Assembly: GCA_018238155.1 (NCBI GenBank)
Contig: JABCTZ010000046.1
Location: 64,001-128,000 of the forward strand
DNA: 64,000 bases
Direction: 5' to 3'
Source of the DNA: Candidatus Heimdallarchaeota archaeon
GTDB taxonomy: Archaea; Asgardarchaeota; Heimdallarchaeia; JABLTI01
Shown: in pieces, positions 9,740-19,420 of the stretch
Numbering within the stretch: position 1 is the first letter of the stretch
Layout: every line of letters begins with the position of its first letter
Notes under the pieces: model-generated
Told to the model about the DNA's origin: nothing
What the model saw: only the letters and a program-made list of their open reading frames with translations
Databases searched by the model: none
Position numbers and translations under genes: made by a program

Positions 9740-9820
9740 TATTTTGTTTGTCTTTTAATTGATTAAAAAGATTTTCAAAAAAAAAGATGAAGGAAATCAG
9801 ATAGCAATTAACTTTGCTAA

Positions 9821-11755
9821 TTACTGATATCTTTCTAATTTTTGTTTTAATTCTTCGATATCATTTTTGATTTCATTCAATTCATCTCTTTTCTTTTCTA
9901 ATTGAGTTTCAGATTGTTTCAATTTATTTAGGAATTCGTTTTTCAGATTCTCATCTTCTTTGATTACTACAAGATTATCTCTGATTCGTTTCTGATTTTT
10001 GAATTGATGCTGAACTTCATTAGTTATAGTTATGTGCTCTCGTTCTTTCTTTTTCACCAATTTAATGAGATCTAGGATTTTTTCCACCTTTCTTTTATCA
10101 GATTGGGAAATTAATCCTGTTTCAAAGTAAGAATCAAATTGACTGTCAGATAAATTTGATATCCAAATAGATTCAAACGTAGTTTTGTGGAATTTGAGAG
10201 TCTTAACAGAGTTTCCAGATTTTAACAGTAAATTGTATTGATAGTAATCCTTTGTTTCAGCATCAGGATCATCATCAGCTTGATAAGAACTCAATTTCGT
10301 TACTTCAAGTATTGTCGGTAAGCTTTCTTTGTTTCTATTTATGAATTTGAAAGTATATTTAAGCTCAGCAATTCTTTTAATTGAAAGGTAAGTGTCTTTC
10401 AGCTCAATTGCTTCAATTTTTGTTTGAGATGTTGTTTCCTTCATTGCAGATATGTCTTGATTTAATCGGAAAGCAATAAAATCTGTTCCGGTTAATATCA
10501 TGGAATCTCCGGCATAATTACCATCTAAGTAAATTGTTGCAGCACCTTTCTCAACATCAAATGGTTTTTTAAGTTTGATAGCATCCATTGCTTCAGTTAA
10601 TCGATCATCTCTTAGAATTACGCAAAGGTCACCATTTACTTTTTCATTAAAAATAGGTATTAGAGCACTTTGAGATCGATTTATTGTAATAGGATAATTA
10701 ACAACATAAGCAATTGCCGAACCTATCTTTTGTTTTTGAGTTTCAATAAATGGTTTAACTTCTTCTTCAAACTTCTTTGGAGGTATGCCTTTTGCTAGAG
10801 AAGCCATAAGCATTTTATCTCTTCTTGGAGCAGAACTAGGAGGAGGGGTCATGATACCCATCTTTGCTTTTCCACCACTTCCAACTTGAGAATATTCAGA
10901 CATAGACTCTTCCATAACATCATCAAAATCATCAAACATTCCACCTACTTCTGAAACTAATGGCGCAACACCTTTGGTATCACGTAGAATAATGGGTCTA
11001 TCAATATGAAGAGGATTAAATAAATCATATCGAAAGCTAACAGGTTTTCCAGTTACAATTCTCAGAACGACTTTTTCCCAATCTATTGATGTGGTATTAT
11101 CAATAATAGAAATGCCAATCATTTCGAGCTCTTTCTTTGCAATATCATAGAAAACACGATAAGACAATCGCCATGAGGACACAGGCATTACCCATGAAGC
11201 CCAAGAATCATTCTTGGCATTAATCTTTAGATTAACAACACCGGCTTTTCGTTTATTTGCTATTAGATTTAGGAAAGTATCTATATCCTTTTGCAATGTG
11301 GAATCAAGAATCTCCAGTTTCTTAATATCTTTTAAGGAGAAGTTTTGAATCTCATTTCCTATCTTCAAAACTAATACTTCATTATTATTGATAGGGATAT
11401 TTTCAGTTTCAGAATCGTCTTCGATTTCATCTACTCCTAAAACAATCCCCGTGTATTTCTTATCAGCTGAAATTATTACTTCCAAACCTACCAGATGACT
11501 GCACAGAGACAACAATGCTCCGTCAGCTTCGAAATCGATGCCAATTTTATCTAGAATCTTATCAATTTCTTCTGCAGAATTAAATCTAGCAGATGTCAAT
11601 CCATTTACTGACAATGACTTTAGTACATCATTGATGTCACTTTCATTAACAGGTAAAGTGAAATTTTTCTTTGGACAATCAGCAATGAAGAAACCAACTC
11701 CACTTTGATACAAAGTTACTTCTTTAATATTCAAGGTCATTTTCTTGTCCTCCAA
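9821..11755 (-). CDS. DUF4139-like protein with C-terminal coiled coil (paralog 2; likely start ATG at 11740)
   Basis: VTLYQSGVGFF, DVLKSL, WRLSYR, DNTTSIDW, VTGKPVSF and RIRDNL motifs. A GGAGG SD precedes the ATG at 11740. Confidence 0.75.
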   Translation of the reverse strand: MEDKKMTLNIKEVTLYQSGVGFFIADCPKKNFTLPVNESDINDVLKSLSVNGLTSARFNSAEEIDKILDKIGIDFEADGALLSLCSHLVGLEVIISADKKYTGIVLGVDEIEDDSETENIPINNNEVLVLKIGNEIQNFSLKDIKKLEILDSTLQKDIDTFLNLIANKRKAGVVNLKINAKNDSWASWVMPVSSWRLSYRVFYDIAKKELEMIGISIIDNTTSIDWEKVVLRIVTGKPVSFRYDLFNPLHIDRPIILRDTKGVAPLVSEVGGMFDDFDDVMEESMSEYSQVGSGGKAKMGIMTPPPSSAPRRDKMLMASLAKGIPPKKFEEEVKPFIETQKQKIGSAIAYVVNYPITINRSQSALIPIFNEKVNGDLCVILRDDRLTEAMDAIKLKKPFDVEKGAATIYLDGNYAGDSMILTGTDFIAFRLNQDISAMKETTSQTKIEAIELKDTYLSIKRIAELKYTFKFINRNKESLPTILEVTKLSSYQADDDPDAETKDYYQYNLLLKSGNSVKTLKFHKTTFESIWISNLSDSQFDSYFETGLISQSDKRKVEKILDLIKLVKKKEREHITITNEVQHQFKNQKRIRDNLVVIKEDENLKNEFLNKLKQSETQLEKKRDELNEIKNDIEELKQKLERYQ

Positions 11756-13639
11756 TTAAATCTTCGTTCTCAATTTTTTGATATCTTGAGTGAGTTCTTT
11801 CACTTCACTCTCAAGATCTTCGAGATGCTTTTCAGAAATTTTCAATCGTTCAATATAGCTATTTCGTTCAGCTGCTTGCAAAATTTCTTGTAACACAGTA
11901 ATGTTATCTCTCAAGCGTTCTTGATTAGAATATTCATAATCGATTTCCTTTTCAATTGCAGTGAGTTCATTTTCCTTCTGAGCAATTTTTCTCAGATTAG
12001 CAAAAATCTTCAGTACCAATCGTTCATTTTTATCATCAAGAGTGCCATCTTTTATCATTTCCTTGACAACATCTTCTGAAAGATTACGAACGTAAAGACT
12101 TGTTAAATAGATTTTAGTGAAAGTGAATGTTTTCTCAGAGCTTCCTGGTTCAAGATCAAATTTATAGCGATAGAAATTTGTCGTTTCTTTTATCGGTTTT
12201 ATTTTAGGTTTATACTCCGCCAATTTTCCTATCTCTAAAACAATAGGCATTTTTTTATCAGAAATATTTAGAAACTTGAAATTATAGGTAGCTATTTGTG
12301 AGAATTTTTGATACATTTGATTCTTCTTGACTGACACACTGAGAGTTTTGCTTGTTTGTTCTACATATTTAATTGTATTAATATCTTGATTAATTCTAAA
12401 AGCAAGATAATCCGTTCCTCGAACTATCATTGCATCTCCAGCAAAGATATCATCAATATGTACAGTTGCTACACCTTTTTCTAAGTCTAAATCCTTACTA
12501 AATAGAATTGCATCCATTCCATCCTCAATTCTATCATCTCGAATGACAACACACAATTCACCTTTCATTGATTTATTAAATAGTGGAATCAATGAACTTT
12601 CAGAACGGTTGATAGTAACAGGTTTCACTACTTGATAAGTAACAGTTGCAGCTAATTCATCTTGGGAAGCGGTAGAAACTGTTTTCATAACATCTCTAGT
12701 TATGTCCCAACCTATGCGCCCTTCTAAACTCAAACCAGTAGTAGGTAATGTTTTTGGTGATTGTTTACTATGTCTCAGTCCATATTGCTCAGATTTCTTT
12801 CTCAAGTCATTGCTCCTTACTGCTGCTTGAGCTAATAAGGGGGAGATTCCCGTTTCTTCACGCGAAATCAAAGGTCGGTCAACATAATGAGGGGTATGCA
12901 AATCATGCTTGAAGCTTACTGGTCGACCGGTTACTAATTGCAGTTTAATCTTTTCCCAATCTATTCCTGTTGTATTATCAACTATTGCAATCCCTGTGAA
13001 ATCAGTACTGTTTTTTTCTTGTGAATACTGAACTCTATAAGACAATCTCCAAGCAGAAACTGGAGCAACCCATTGAATATTCGCATCATCTTTTGTTGTA
13101 ATAACGCTTAGATTTGTTACTCCAGCTTTTCTTGTTGATGCCTCTAGCTCTAAAAAAACATCCAAGTCTTTTTGTATCATTTCATCTAATATTTTTATTC
13201 GTTTTATCCTGCTAATTGGTAAATGCTGAATGGTATTTTTCTCTTGAATTATTAATACATCAACGCCACTTTCTTCATCGTCTATATCATCTAGCAATAA
13301 GAAATCAATACCGAGAACTTTCCCCTTGTAAATTTTATCAGTTTCTATTTCAATAGTTAAACCAATAAGATGTTTACTAAAAGAAATAAAAGCAGATTCA
13401 ACTTCAATATCCATTCCGATTTTTCTTTTAATGCAATCTTTCCCTTCTGCAGCACTAAAAGTCACTGATTTCAATCCGTCAACTGAAAGTGATTTAAGAA
13501 TATCATCCACATCATTTTCATTTACTGGTAGTACGAATTCCTTTTTAGAACATTTTCCAATAAAAAATCCTATCCCAGATTTATACAGTGTAATATTTTT
13601 GATTTGAAAGTTCAAAGATCTAACTCCTAATACAAGCAA
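11756..13639 (-). CDS. DUF4139-like protein with C-terminal coiled coil (paralog 1; likely start TTG at 13615)
   Basis: ITLYKSGIGFF, DILKSL, WRLSYR, DNTTGIDW, VTGRPVSF and RLRDNI motifs. Collinear with the adjacent paralog. Confidence 0.75.
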   Translation of the reverse strand: MLVLGVRSLNFQIKNITLYKSGIGFFIGKCSKKEFVLPVNENDVDDILKSLSVDGLKSVTFSAAEGKDCIKRKIGMDIEVESAFISFSKHLIGLTIEIETDKIYKGKVLGIDFLLLDDIDDEESGVDVLIIQEKNTIQHLPISRIKRIKILDEMIQKDLDVFLELEASTRKAGVTNLSVITTKDDANIQWVAPVSAWRLSYRVQYSQEKNSTDFTGIAIVDNTTGIDWEKIKLQLVTGRPVSFKHDLHTPHYVDRPLISREETGISPLLAQAAVRSNDLRKKSEQYGLRHSKQSPKTLPTTGLSLEGRIGWDITRDVMKTVSTASQDELAATVTYQVVKPVTINRSESSLIPLFNKSMKGELCVVIRDDRIEDGMDAILFSKDLDLEKGVATVHIDDIFAGDAMIVRGTDYLAFRINQDINTIKYVEQTSKTLSVSVKKNQMYQKFSQIATYNFKFLNISDKKMPIVLEIGKLAEYKPKIKPIKETTNFYRYKFDLEPGSSEKTFTFTKIYLTSLYVRNLSEDVVKEMIKDGTLDDKNERLVLKIFANLRKIAQKENELTAIEKEIDYEYSNQERLRDNITVLQEILQAAERNSYIERLKISEKHLEDLESEVKELTQDIKKLRTKI

Positions 13640-13802
13640 GAGAGATAATATACTAATCTAATTCTCTAACTTTTATTACTATTATTTATCACTCGAATAT
13701 TACTTATAATATTTTTTGAATTAAAAACAAAGAAAATTGTTTCAAAATCATTACTAAAAAATAAAAAAAAAGATTATTGTGCTGAATTCTTTAATGATTC
13801 AG

Positions 13803-14924
13803 CTATTTATTATACTTAATAATAAGCGCATCAGCAGTTGTATTTTCTGTCTTTGCGATTTTCTCAAGCGCTCTTCTACAAGCAATCTTTAAGGTATCTG
13901 TATTATTACTACTAATCATTTCAACCAAAATTGGTATAGACTTCTTGGAAGCAATATCTTCTAATGCTTCTGCAATATTGAATCGAAGAATTTCATTGTG
14001 TTCAATCTTCAAATATTTCTCAAAAATAGCTATAGAGGAATCATCAGCAACATCGCACAAAGCATTGACAATTTCTTCTTTGACCATTTCTTCAGCTTCA
14101 ATATTATACTGGTTGATTAGGATACGTGCAAGAGTTTTATCACCAATTCGTTTTGAAATTCCACCAATTGCAAAAGCTGAATTAGCACGATTAAAAGGAT
14201 TTTTATCACTTAATAGCTCTATTAATTGAGCCAAATCTTCTTCTGTACCATTTGAAATCAACCAATAAGTAGCTCTCTGACGTTCTGCTTCATTTTTTAT
14301 ACCAAGTTTTGTGATGGCCTTTTCGGCACTCATTTTTACTCGCTCATATTTTGTAACATTACCAACAACAGCATATGTTACTAAGCCGATTACAAGAATA
14401 GATGGAATAACGATCCAAAGCCACCAGAGGATGTGTTGATGTTCAACCATAATTACTGCTGATAATTCAGCACCATTTAAATTGAGGAATATCATTGTCC
14501 ATGGTTCCCAATCAGGGATAACAATGTTCTCCCCAACTAATGTAACAAGGATTTCTTTATCTAAAGCAGTAGAATATATTTTTGTTACAGAATCATTATA
14601 AAGGAAGTTCCCAGCAGAAATGTCACTCACAGATAAAGAAGCATTATTACGTATTCTAAACCAATCATAACGTGGTACAACAAAAACGTAAATTGTAGAA
14701 TCATTTGTGACAGTTTCTCCAAGTGTAATTTCTAATGTGAATCTTTGATTTTTATAATTTTCAACGGTATGAGTAAAAGCATCCACATATCCATGTTGCA
14801 ATTGTTTTGACTGATCAAAATCTGAGAGACCCATGACTAAGGTTGAAGAAATAATTGAAGTTGCTAATAATAATGTAAACGCTAACATATTTATTCGTAA
14901 GACTTTTTTCAGCTCAGTGCTCAT
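13803..14924 (-). CDS. single-pass membrane protein with cytoplasmic HEAT repeats
   Basis: Signal-like N-terminus, extracellular domain, TM (ILWWLWIVIPSILVIGLVTYAVV), then HEAT/PBS-like repeats (e.g. NRANSAFAIGGI, LRFNIAEALEDI). Confidence 0.82.
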   Translation of the reverse strand: MSTELKKVLRINMLAFTLLLATSIISSTLVMGLSDFDQSKQLQHGYVDAFTHTVENYKNQRFTLEITLGETVTNDSTIYVFVVPRYDWFRIRNNASLSVSDISAGNFLYNDSVTKIYSTALDKEILVTLVGENIVIPDWEPWTMIFLNLNGAELSAVIMVEHQHILWWLWIVIPSILVIGLVTYAVVGNVTKYERVKMSAEKAITKLGIKNEAERQRATYWLISNGTEEDLAQLIELLSDKNPFNRANSAFAIGGISKRIGDKTLARILINQYNIEAEEMVKEEIVNALCDVADDSSIAIFEKYLKIEHNEILRFNIAEALEDIASKKSIPILVEMISSNNTDTLKIACRRALEKIAKTENTTADALIIKYNK

Positions 14925-15093
14925 TTATTGATATCCTCCTAGATGATCAAATTAGCTTATCTAGTTATTATTATCTTGCACAATTATTCTAACTGCTTAA
15001 GAATATTTCCAAAAAATAGAAAATATCAATTTTATAGCTCCTTTCATTCTATTAGTTTATTTAGCAGCGATACAATGAAATCAAAAAACTACT

Positions 15094-15582
15094 TCAAATT
15101 TCTTTTTTTCGAGAAAAAACTGAATATCCAATTAAAGCAAATGTTGTTACACAGATATGAGAAACAGCTACTAAACCAGTTGATTCTGGTGTAATAGAGG
15201 GATTTTCTGCGACTGTCAAATATTTTGATATAAAACCACCTTGATTACAATAAGCTTTAACATTCAATATATCACCTACTGAACAATTAATACTGTAAAG
15301 TTGTATGAAGTAATTTCCGTTTTGGCTAGTGTATTCATGAGTTTGATTGAGAACAGAGTTCTTCTTTATCTTTATCAAATTAATATAATGAGAATCTCCA
15401 GATATTGGATGAGTAACGGTTGCACTTAATTCTCCTATATTAATATCGTATTCAATGATCATTCCAGAAGGAGTATGGCTTGCAGAAAAAAGCACATTTG
15501 AAGTCGAAAAAATAACAAATAAACTGAAAACTAGGATAGAAATTTTGATTCCGAATTTTGATTTTAAAGACGTGTTTTTCAC
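15094..15582 (-). CDS. secreted, C-terminally anchored protein with a superoxide-reductase-like metal motif
   Basis: Signal peptide, SHTP, THPISGDSHYI, AYCNQGG, then a C-terminal TM with a basic tail. Confidence 0.65.
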   Translation of the reverse strand: MKNTSLKSKFGIKISILVFSLFVIFSTSNVLFSASHTPSGMIIEYDINIGELSATVTHPISGDSHYINLIKIKKNSVLNQTHEYTSQNGNYFIQLYSINCSVGDILNVKAYCNQGGFISKYLTVAENPSITPESTGLVAVSHICVTTFALIGYSVFSRKKEI

Positions 15583-15698
15583 AATACTTCACCAAATTAG
15601 CATTTTCTTATTTTATGTGAGAACCTTCAAATAAATCTATCATTGATTTAGGAAAAAAAAAGATGAGTATGTTACTACTCAATTACTGTTGTCTATTA

Positions 15699-16865
15699 TT
15701 AGGCTTTTACTGGAGGAAGAGAAGATACTTTCTTTGGCTCTTTGGAAAGTTTAACATTTTCATCAATGAAAATCTCATGTGTATACAGAATTTCCCCTGT
15801 GACTCTTGTTCCGTCCTCAATAGATATATCTTCACCATAGATGTTTTTGATTCTACATCTTTCTTCAATACGAATATCTTTTCCATAGAGATCTCCAGTT
15901 GAAGCACGGTCAGAGATAACAATTTTCTCAGAATTAACTGTACCAATTACTTCTCCTCTTCGACCGATTTTAACATACTTGCCATTAATTAATAATGCTT
16001 GGAGTTTTCCACCGATTGTAATTTGATGTCCAGTCAATACTTTGTCCACAGAACAAGTGCCACCAACAGAAATATTCCCTGAGCAAGTTAAATTTTTATT
16101 GCAAACAAGAGTACCACCAACTTTCACCTCTTCTCCTTCAGCATTACCTTCAATCTTAATTGAACCACCGACATCCAGAGATCTAAATTCTAGATCTGAA
16201 AGAGCTTTAAAGGTGCCACCAACATCTATGTCCTGAATTTTTGACGCAACCAATAACTTAACAGTACCACCAACATCAATAATTTGGATATCCACTTTAT
16301 CATATGCTTTGAAAGTGCCACCTACTTTAATAGTGCCAAAAACACCACTTTCTGTTTTTAAAGTACCTCCAACATCTATTGAATCAACTTTAGCATTAGC
16401 ACTGAATTTTACAGTACCACCAACAGAAACAGAACCAATATCAGTTTCTCCTAAAACCTTCAAAGTTCCACCAACTCTAATAGACTCTATAGAAGTATCA
16501 CCTATGAATTTCGCAGTTCCACCAACAGTTGCAGAACTAATTTTTGTTATTGATTCTACAATCAATGATCCACCAACAGAAACTTCAGGGCAAAAAAAAG
16601 AACCGTTAATATCAAGTTTTTTATCAACAGATACTATTTGTTCTATTGTTAAATCACCATAAATTTCTGCTGATCCACTTTTTACTTTCAATGTCCTTGC
16701 TTGTAAATTGCCTTCACAAACAAAAGAACCTCTAGAAATAATAGAACCATTAACAACTATTGTTCCGTCCTCTGCAATGAGTGTTGCTTCTTTCCCTATC
16801 CTAAGATTTCCATTTACAACACCTAGTTTTTTTACTTGACCTTTTTCTACTCTTATTTCAGACAT
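15699..16865 (-). CDS. bactofilin-like (polymer-forming cytoskeletal) beta-solenoid protein, VGG-repeat paralog
   Basis: 12 repeats of ~17 aa with a (V/I)GG(T/S) core, and alternating V/I/G beta-helix pattern throughout. Confidence 0.78.
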   Translation of the reverse strand: MSEIRVEKGQVKKLGVVNGNLRIGKEATLIAEDGTIVVNGSIISRGSFVCEGNLQARTLKVKSGSAEIYGDLTIEQIVSVDKKLDINGSFFCPEVSVGGSLIVESITKISSATVGGTAKFIGDTSIESIRVGGTLKVLGETDIGSVSVGGTVKFSANAKVDSIDVGGTLKTESGVFGTIKVGGTFKAYDKVDIQIIDVGGTVKLLVASKIQDIDVGGTFKALSDLEFRSLDVGGSIKIEGNAEGEEVKVGGTLVCNKNLTCSGNISVGGTCSVDKVLTGHQITIGGKLQALLINGKYVKIGRRGEVIGTVNSEKIVISDRASTGDLYGKDIRIEERCRIKNIYGEDISIEDGTRVTGEILYTHEIFIDENVKLSKEPKKVSSLPPVKA

Positions 16866-16951
16866 ATGTTCATCACCAAAACTTATGCACTCTATTTATA
16901 GAGTAGCAATTTTTAATATATAAAGGGAATTCACATTTTGTACTCTCAAGA

Positions 16952-16974
16952 TGAGGTCACTTATTGTGACTTAA
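16952..16974. promoter_or_regulatory. palindromic operator TGAGGTCAC-N5-GTGACTTAA upstream of bactofilin-like gene 1
   Basis: Near-perfect inverted repeat, shared with 18297-18321, about 30 bp upstream of a minus-strand TTTATA TATA-like box near 16920. Confidence 0.7.
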
Positions 16975-16985
16975 AAGAAAAATTT

Positions 16986-17009
16986 AACTATTCTCTCAAG
17001 AGAATAGTT
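16986..17009 (-). terminator. hairpin downstream of bactofilin-like gene 2
   Basis: AACTATTCTC-TCAA-GAGAATAGTT, a perfect 10-bp stem just 3' of the stop codon, with T-rich flanks on the minus strand. Confidence 0.55.
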
Positions 17010-17020
17010 CGAAAAAAAGA

Positions 17021-18232
17021 TTAGATTTTATGTTGTGGTAGTTTAACGACTTTTTTTGGTTCTCTGCGAATCTTTGCTCCAGCTTCTACATCGATTGAAT
17101 CAGTATATTCTAGGATACCAGTTATTCTTGCACCATCTTCAATTATTAGTCGTTCAACATAGACATTATTAGCTCTACTATTCTCCATCATCTCTAAATC
17201 TAGAGCAATAATGTTTTTAGCTCTTACGTATTCCTTTAGAATAACTTCATCTGCCGAAACATCTGCAAGGAGTCTTCCTCTTTTAGCGACAGTAATCTTA
17301 CGTGCCTTAACGAATTTTGCGATAATCTTTTTTCCGGAAGAAAGTTCATCACACGTGATTTCTTTGGCTGCTTTAACTTTCATCCCAACAGAGATTTTTC
17401 CTTGAACCGTTAGTTCTTGTGCGTATAAACTCATACCAACGCTGATGTTTTCTCCAACTGCTTGACCACGTATTTTAACGGACATTCCTGCAGATACTTT
17501 TTCAAAAGTCAAATCCTTGAAAGCTTTAATACTCATGCCTGCGCTTGCTTCACCGACTACAGCAGTGTCCTTGAATTTCAAACTCATTCCTGCACTAACA
17601 TCATCCAATTTTACAGGTCCTTTTAAAATAACAGACATACCAGCACTTGCTTTTCCAATATCACCTTGTGAAGCTTTGATACTCATACCAGCACTAATAA
17701 ATTCATATTTTCCTGAACCTTTTATTATGATACTCATACCAGCTGAAATTTTACCAATTTGGTTTTCTTTTCCATTTAGAATAGCTTTCATACCAGCACT
17801 CATTTCATCAACTTCAGCACGTCCATTAAGGATAATTTTCATACCAGCAGCAATTTTATCAGCTTTGACAACGCCCTTAACTTTAATTGTCATACCTACT
17901 GCAACATTATCTGCTTTCAAGGTTCCATTTACCGTTAGTTTCTTGTCGACATAAATATCTCTGTCAACTTCTAAATCGCCAAAAATAGTTACAGAACCTT
18001 TCTCACTTTGAATGTCTCGGACTTTTAAATTACCTCTGCACTTAAAACCACCTTTATTCTTAATTTTACCATTAACAACAATTGTATCTTTTTCTGCGAT
18101 AATTGTTGCTCCTTTAGCAATTTTTAAGTCCCCTTCGACAACAGAAAGTTTCGTCCGGGATTTCTTTTTTAGTTTCATTGTTTGTTTCATTGTCATAGAA
18201 AGTTCTCCAAATTTTAGTATCGATTTCCTCAT
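17021..18232 (-). CDS. bactofilin-like beta-solenoid protein, SAGM-repeat paralog
   Basis: 11 repeats with a (S/A)(A/V)GM core. N- and C-termini are homologous to 15699..16865 (GATIIAE/EATLIAE; EPKKV..LP). Confidence 0.78.
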   Translation of the reverse strand: MRKSILKFGELSMTMKQTMKLKKKSRTKLSVVEGDLKIAKGATIIAEKDTIVVNGKIKNKGGFKCRGNLKVRDIQSEKGSVTIFGDLEVDRDIYVDKKLTVNGTLKADNVAVGMTIKVKGVVKADKIAAGMKIILNGRAEVDEMSAGMKAILNGKENQIGKISAGMSIIIKGSGKYEFISAGMSIKASQGDIGKASAGMSVILKGPVKLDDVSAGMSLKFKDTAVVGEASAGMSIKAFKDLTFEKVSAGMSVKIRGQAVGENISVGMSLYAQELTVQGKISVGMKVKAAKEITCDELSSGKKIIAKFVKARKITVAKRGRLLADVSADEVILKEYVRAKNIIALDLEMMENSRANNVYVERLIIEDGARITGILEYTDSIDVEAGAKIRREPKKVVKLPQHKI

Positions 18233-18296
18233 TAATTCCTATGTATACTTGGCGTTTTTTTATTTAAAAAGAAAATTCACCTTATGGAGACTCAAT

Positions 18297-18321
18297 TTGA
18301 GGTCACGATACGTGACTTCAA
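18297..18321. promoter_or_regulatory. palindromic operator TTGAGGTCAC-N5-GTGACTTCAA upstream of bactofilin-like gene 2
   Basis: 9/10 inverted repeat with the same motif and similar spacing to a TATA-like box as 16952-16974. Confidence 0.7.
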
Positions 18322-18381
18322 GGAAAAAAAAGGAAAAAAACTAGTCTATACTAAACAAATGCCTCTTTAAACAATCCTTTT

Positions 18382-19254
18382 TTATTTAAATTTAAATTCA
18401 ACAATTTCTTTCAATAGTTTTGGGTTATCTGAGAAAATACCATCCACACCCCAATCCAATAATCTAAACATATCACCAGGTTTGTTTACTGTCCAGACGT
18501 GAATTGCTATATTTAATAAATGAGTTATTTGAAAGAATCTTTCCCCGCTGAAAATTTTTAGTAATAATATTTTTTCAGGAATCTGCAAAGCAAAATATGG
18601 TAAAGTGTATCCTAAGATTTCTTCTTGTTCCAAGCATTCAATATCACTTATAGGTTTGTTGATATTCTTTTTCATCCATTTTTTCACTCTTTGACGAAAA
18701 TGCCACACTTCTTTGGGTCCTGCACTTGTTGGAGCTCCTGATTTTTCTCTAAATCTTTCTAATTGTTTTGTGTGAAATGATCCCACCATTACTCGGTCTT
18801 CAGCATCAAATATCTTAAGTTTATTAGCCAATATTATTGGTGCTTTTGGATCTCTATCTTTAATATCCATATTGAATTTCATTTTTGGAAATAAAGTTAG
18901 AATGTCATCCACAGATTGAATTTTAAAACCTGCACCTCTAAATGGAAAAGTTTTATCGAACTCACCTACTCCTTGGAAATTATGTCCTTGTTCAAACATT
19001 TTGAGCTCTTTTAGAGTAAAAGATTTAACAAAACCTCGTCCATTTGTTGTCCGATTTATAGTAGCATCATGAAAAAAAACAATTTCATCGTCTTTGGTAA
19101 TACGAAGATCAGCCTCAATAACATCCACATCTAAATCAAAAGCATCTTTAACTGCTTGGAAAGTATTTTCAGGAATATTTACACTATCACCTCTATGTGC
19201 CATAACAAGAGGTTTCTTTCCTTTTAAAAATGAGACAGGACTGTTTTTCCACAT
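18382..19254 (-). CDS. glycerophosphodiester phosphodiesterase
   Basis: MAHRG, PENT, IEADL, FHD...RTTNG, NMDIK, HVWTVN and GVDGIFSDNP motifs. Confidence 0.93.
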   Translation of the reverse strand: MWKNSPVSFLKGKKPLVMAHRGDSVNIPENTFQAVKDAFDLDVDVIEADLRITKDDEIVFFHDATINRTTNGRGFVKSFTLKELKMFEQGHNFQGVGEFDKTFPFRGAGFKIQSVDDILTLFPKMKFNMDIKDRDPKAPIILANKLKIFDAEDRVMVGSFHTKQLERFREKSGAPTSAGPKEVWHFRQRVKKWMKKNINKPISDIECLEQEEILGYTLPYFALQIPEKILLLKIFSGERFFQITHLLNIAIHVWTVNKPGDMFRLLDWGVDGIFSDNPKLLKEIVEFKFK

Positions 19255-19420
19255 GGTTAAACTTTCTATAATAGGTAAGCAAAAAACCTTTCGAAGACAA
19301 AAAAAAGAACAAACCGAATTGAGAGATTATCTGTGAATTATTAGCAAGTTAGATAAATTAATAAAGTACAAGCAAACGAGGTTTATACAAGAACCAAATT
19401 AAATATTCAACCGTGGTGGT

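Noticed and set aside
16042-18344. Several + strand ORFs (16042, 16309, 17211, 17517, 18012) with PPT/IPA repeats
   Set aside because: Antisense shadows of the repetitive bactofilin-like genes.
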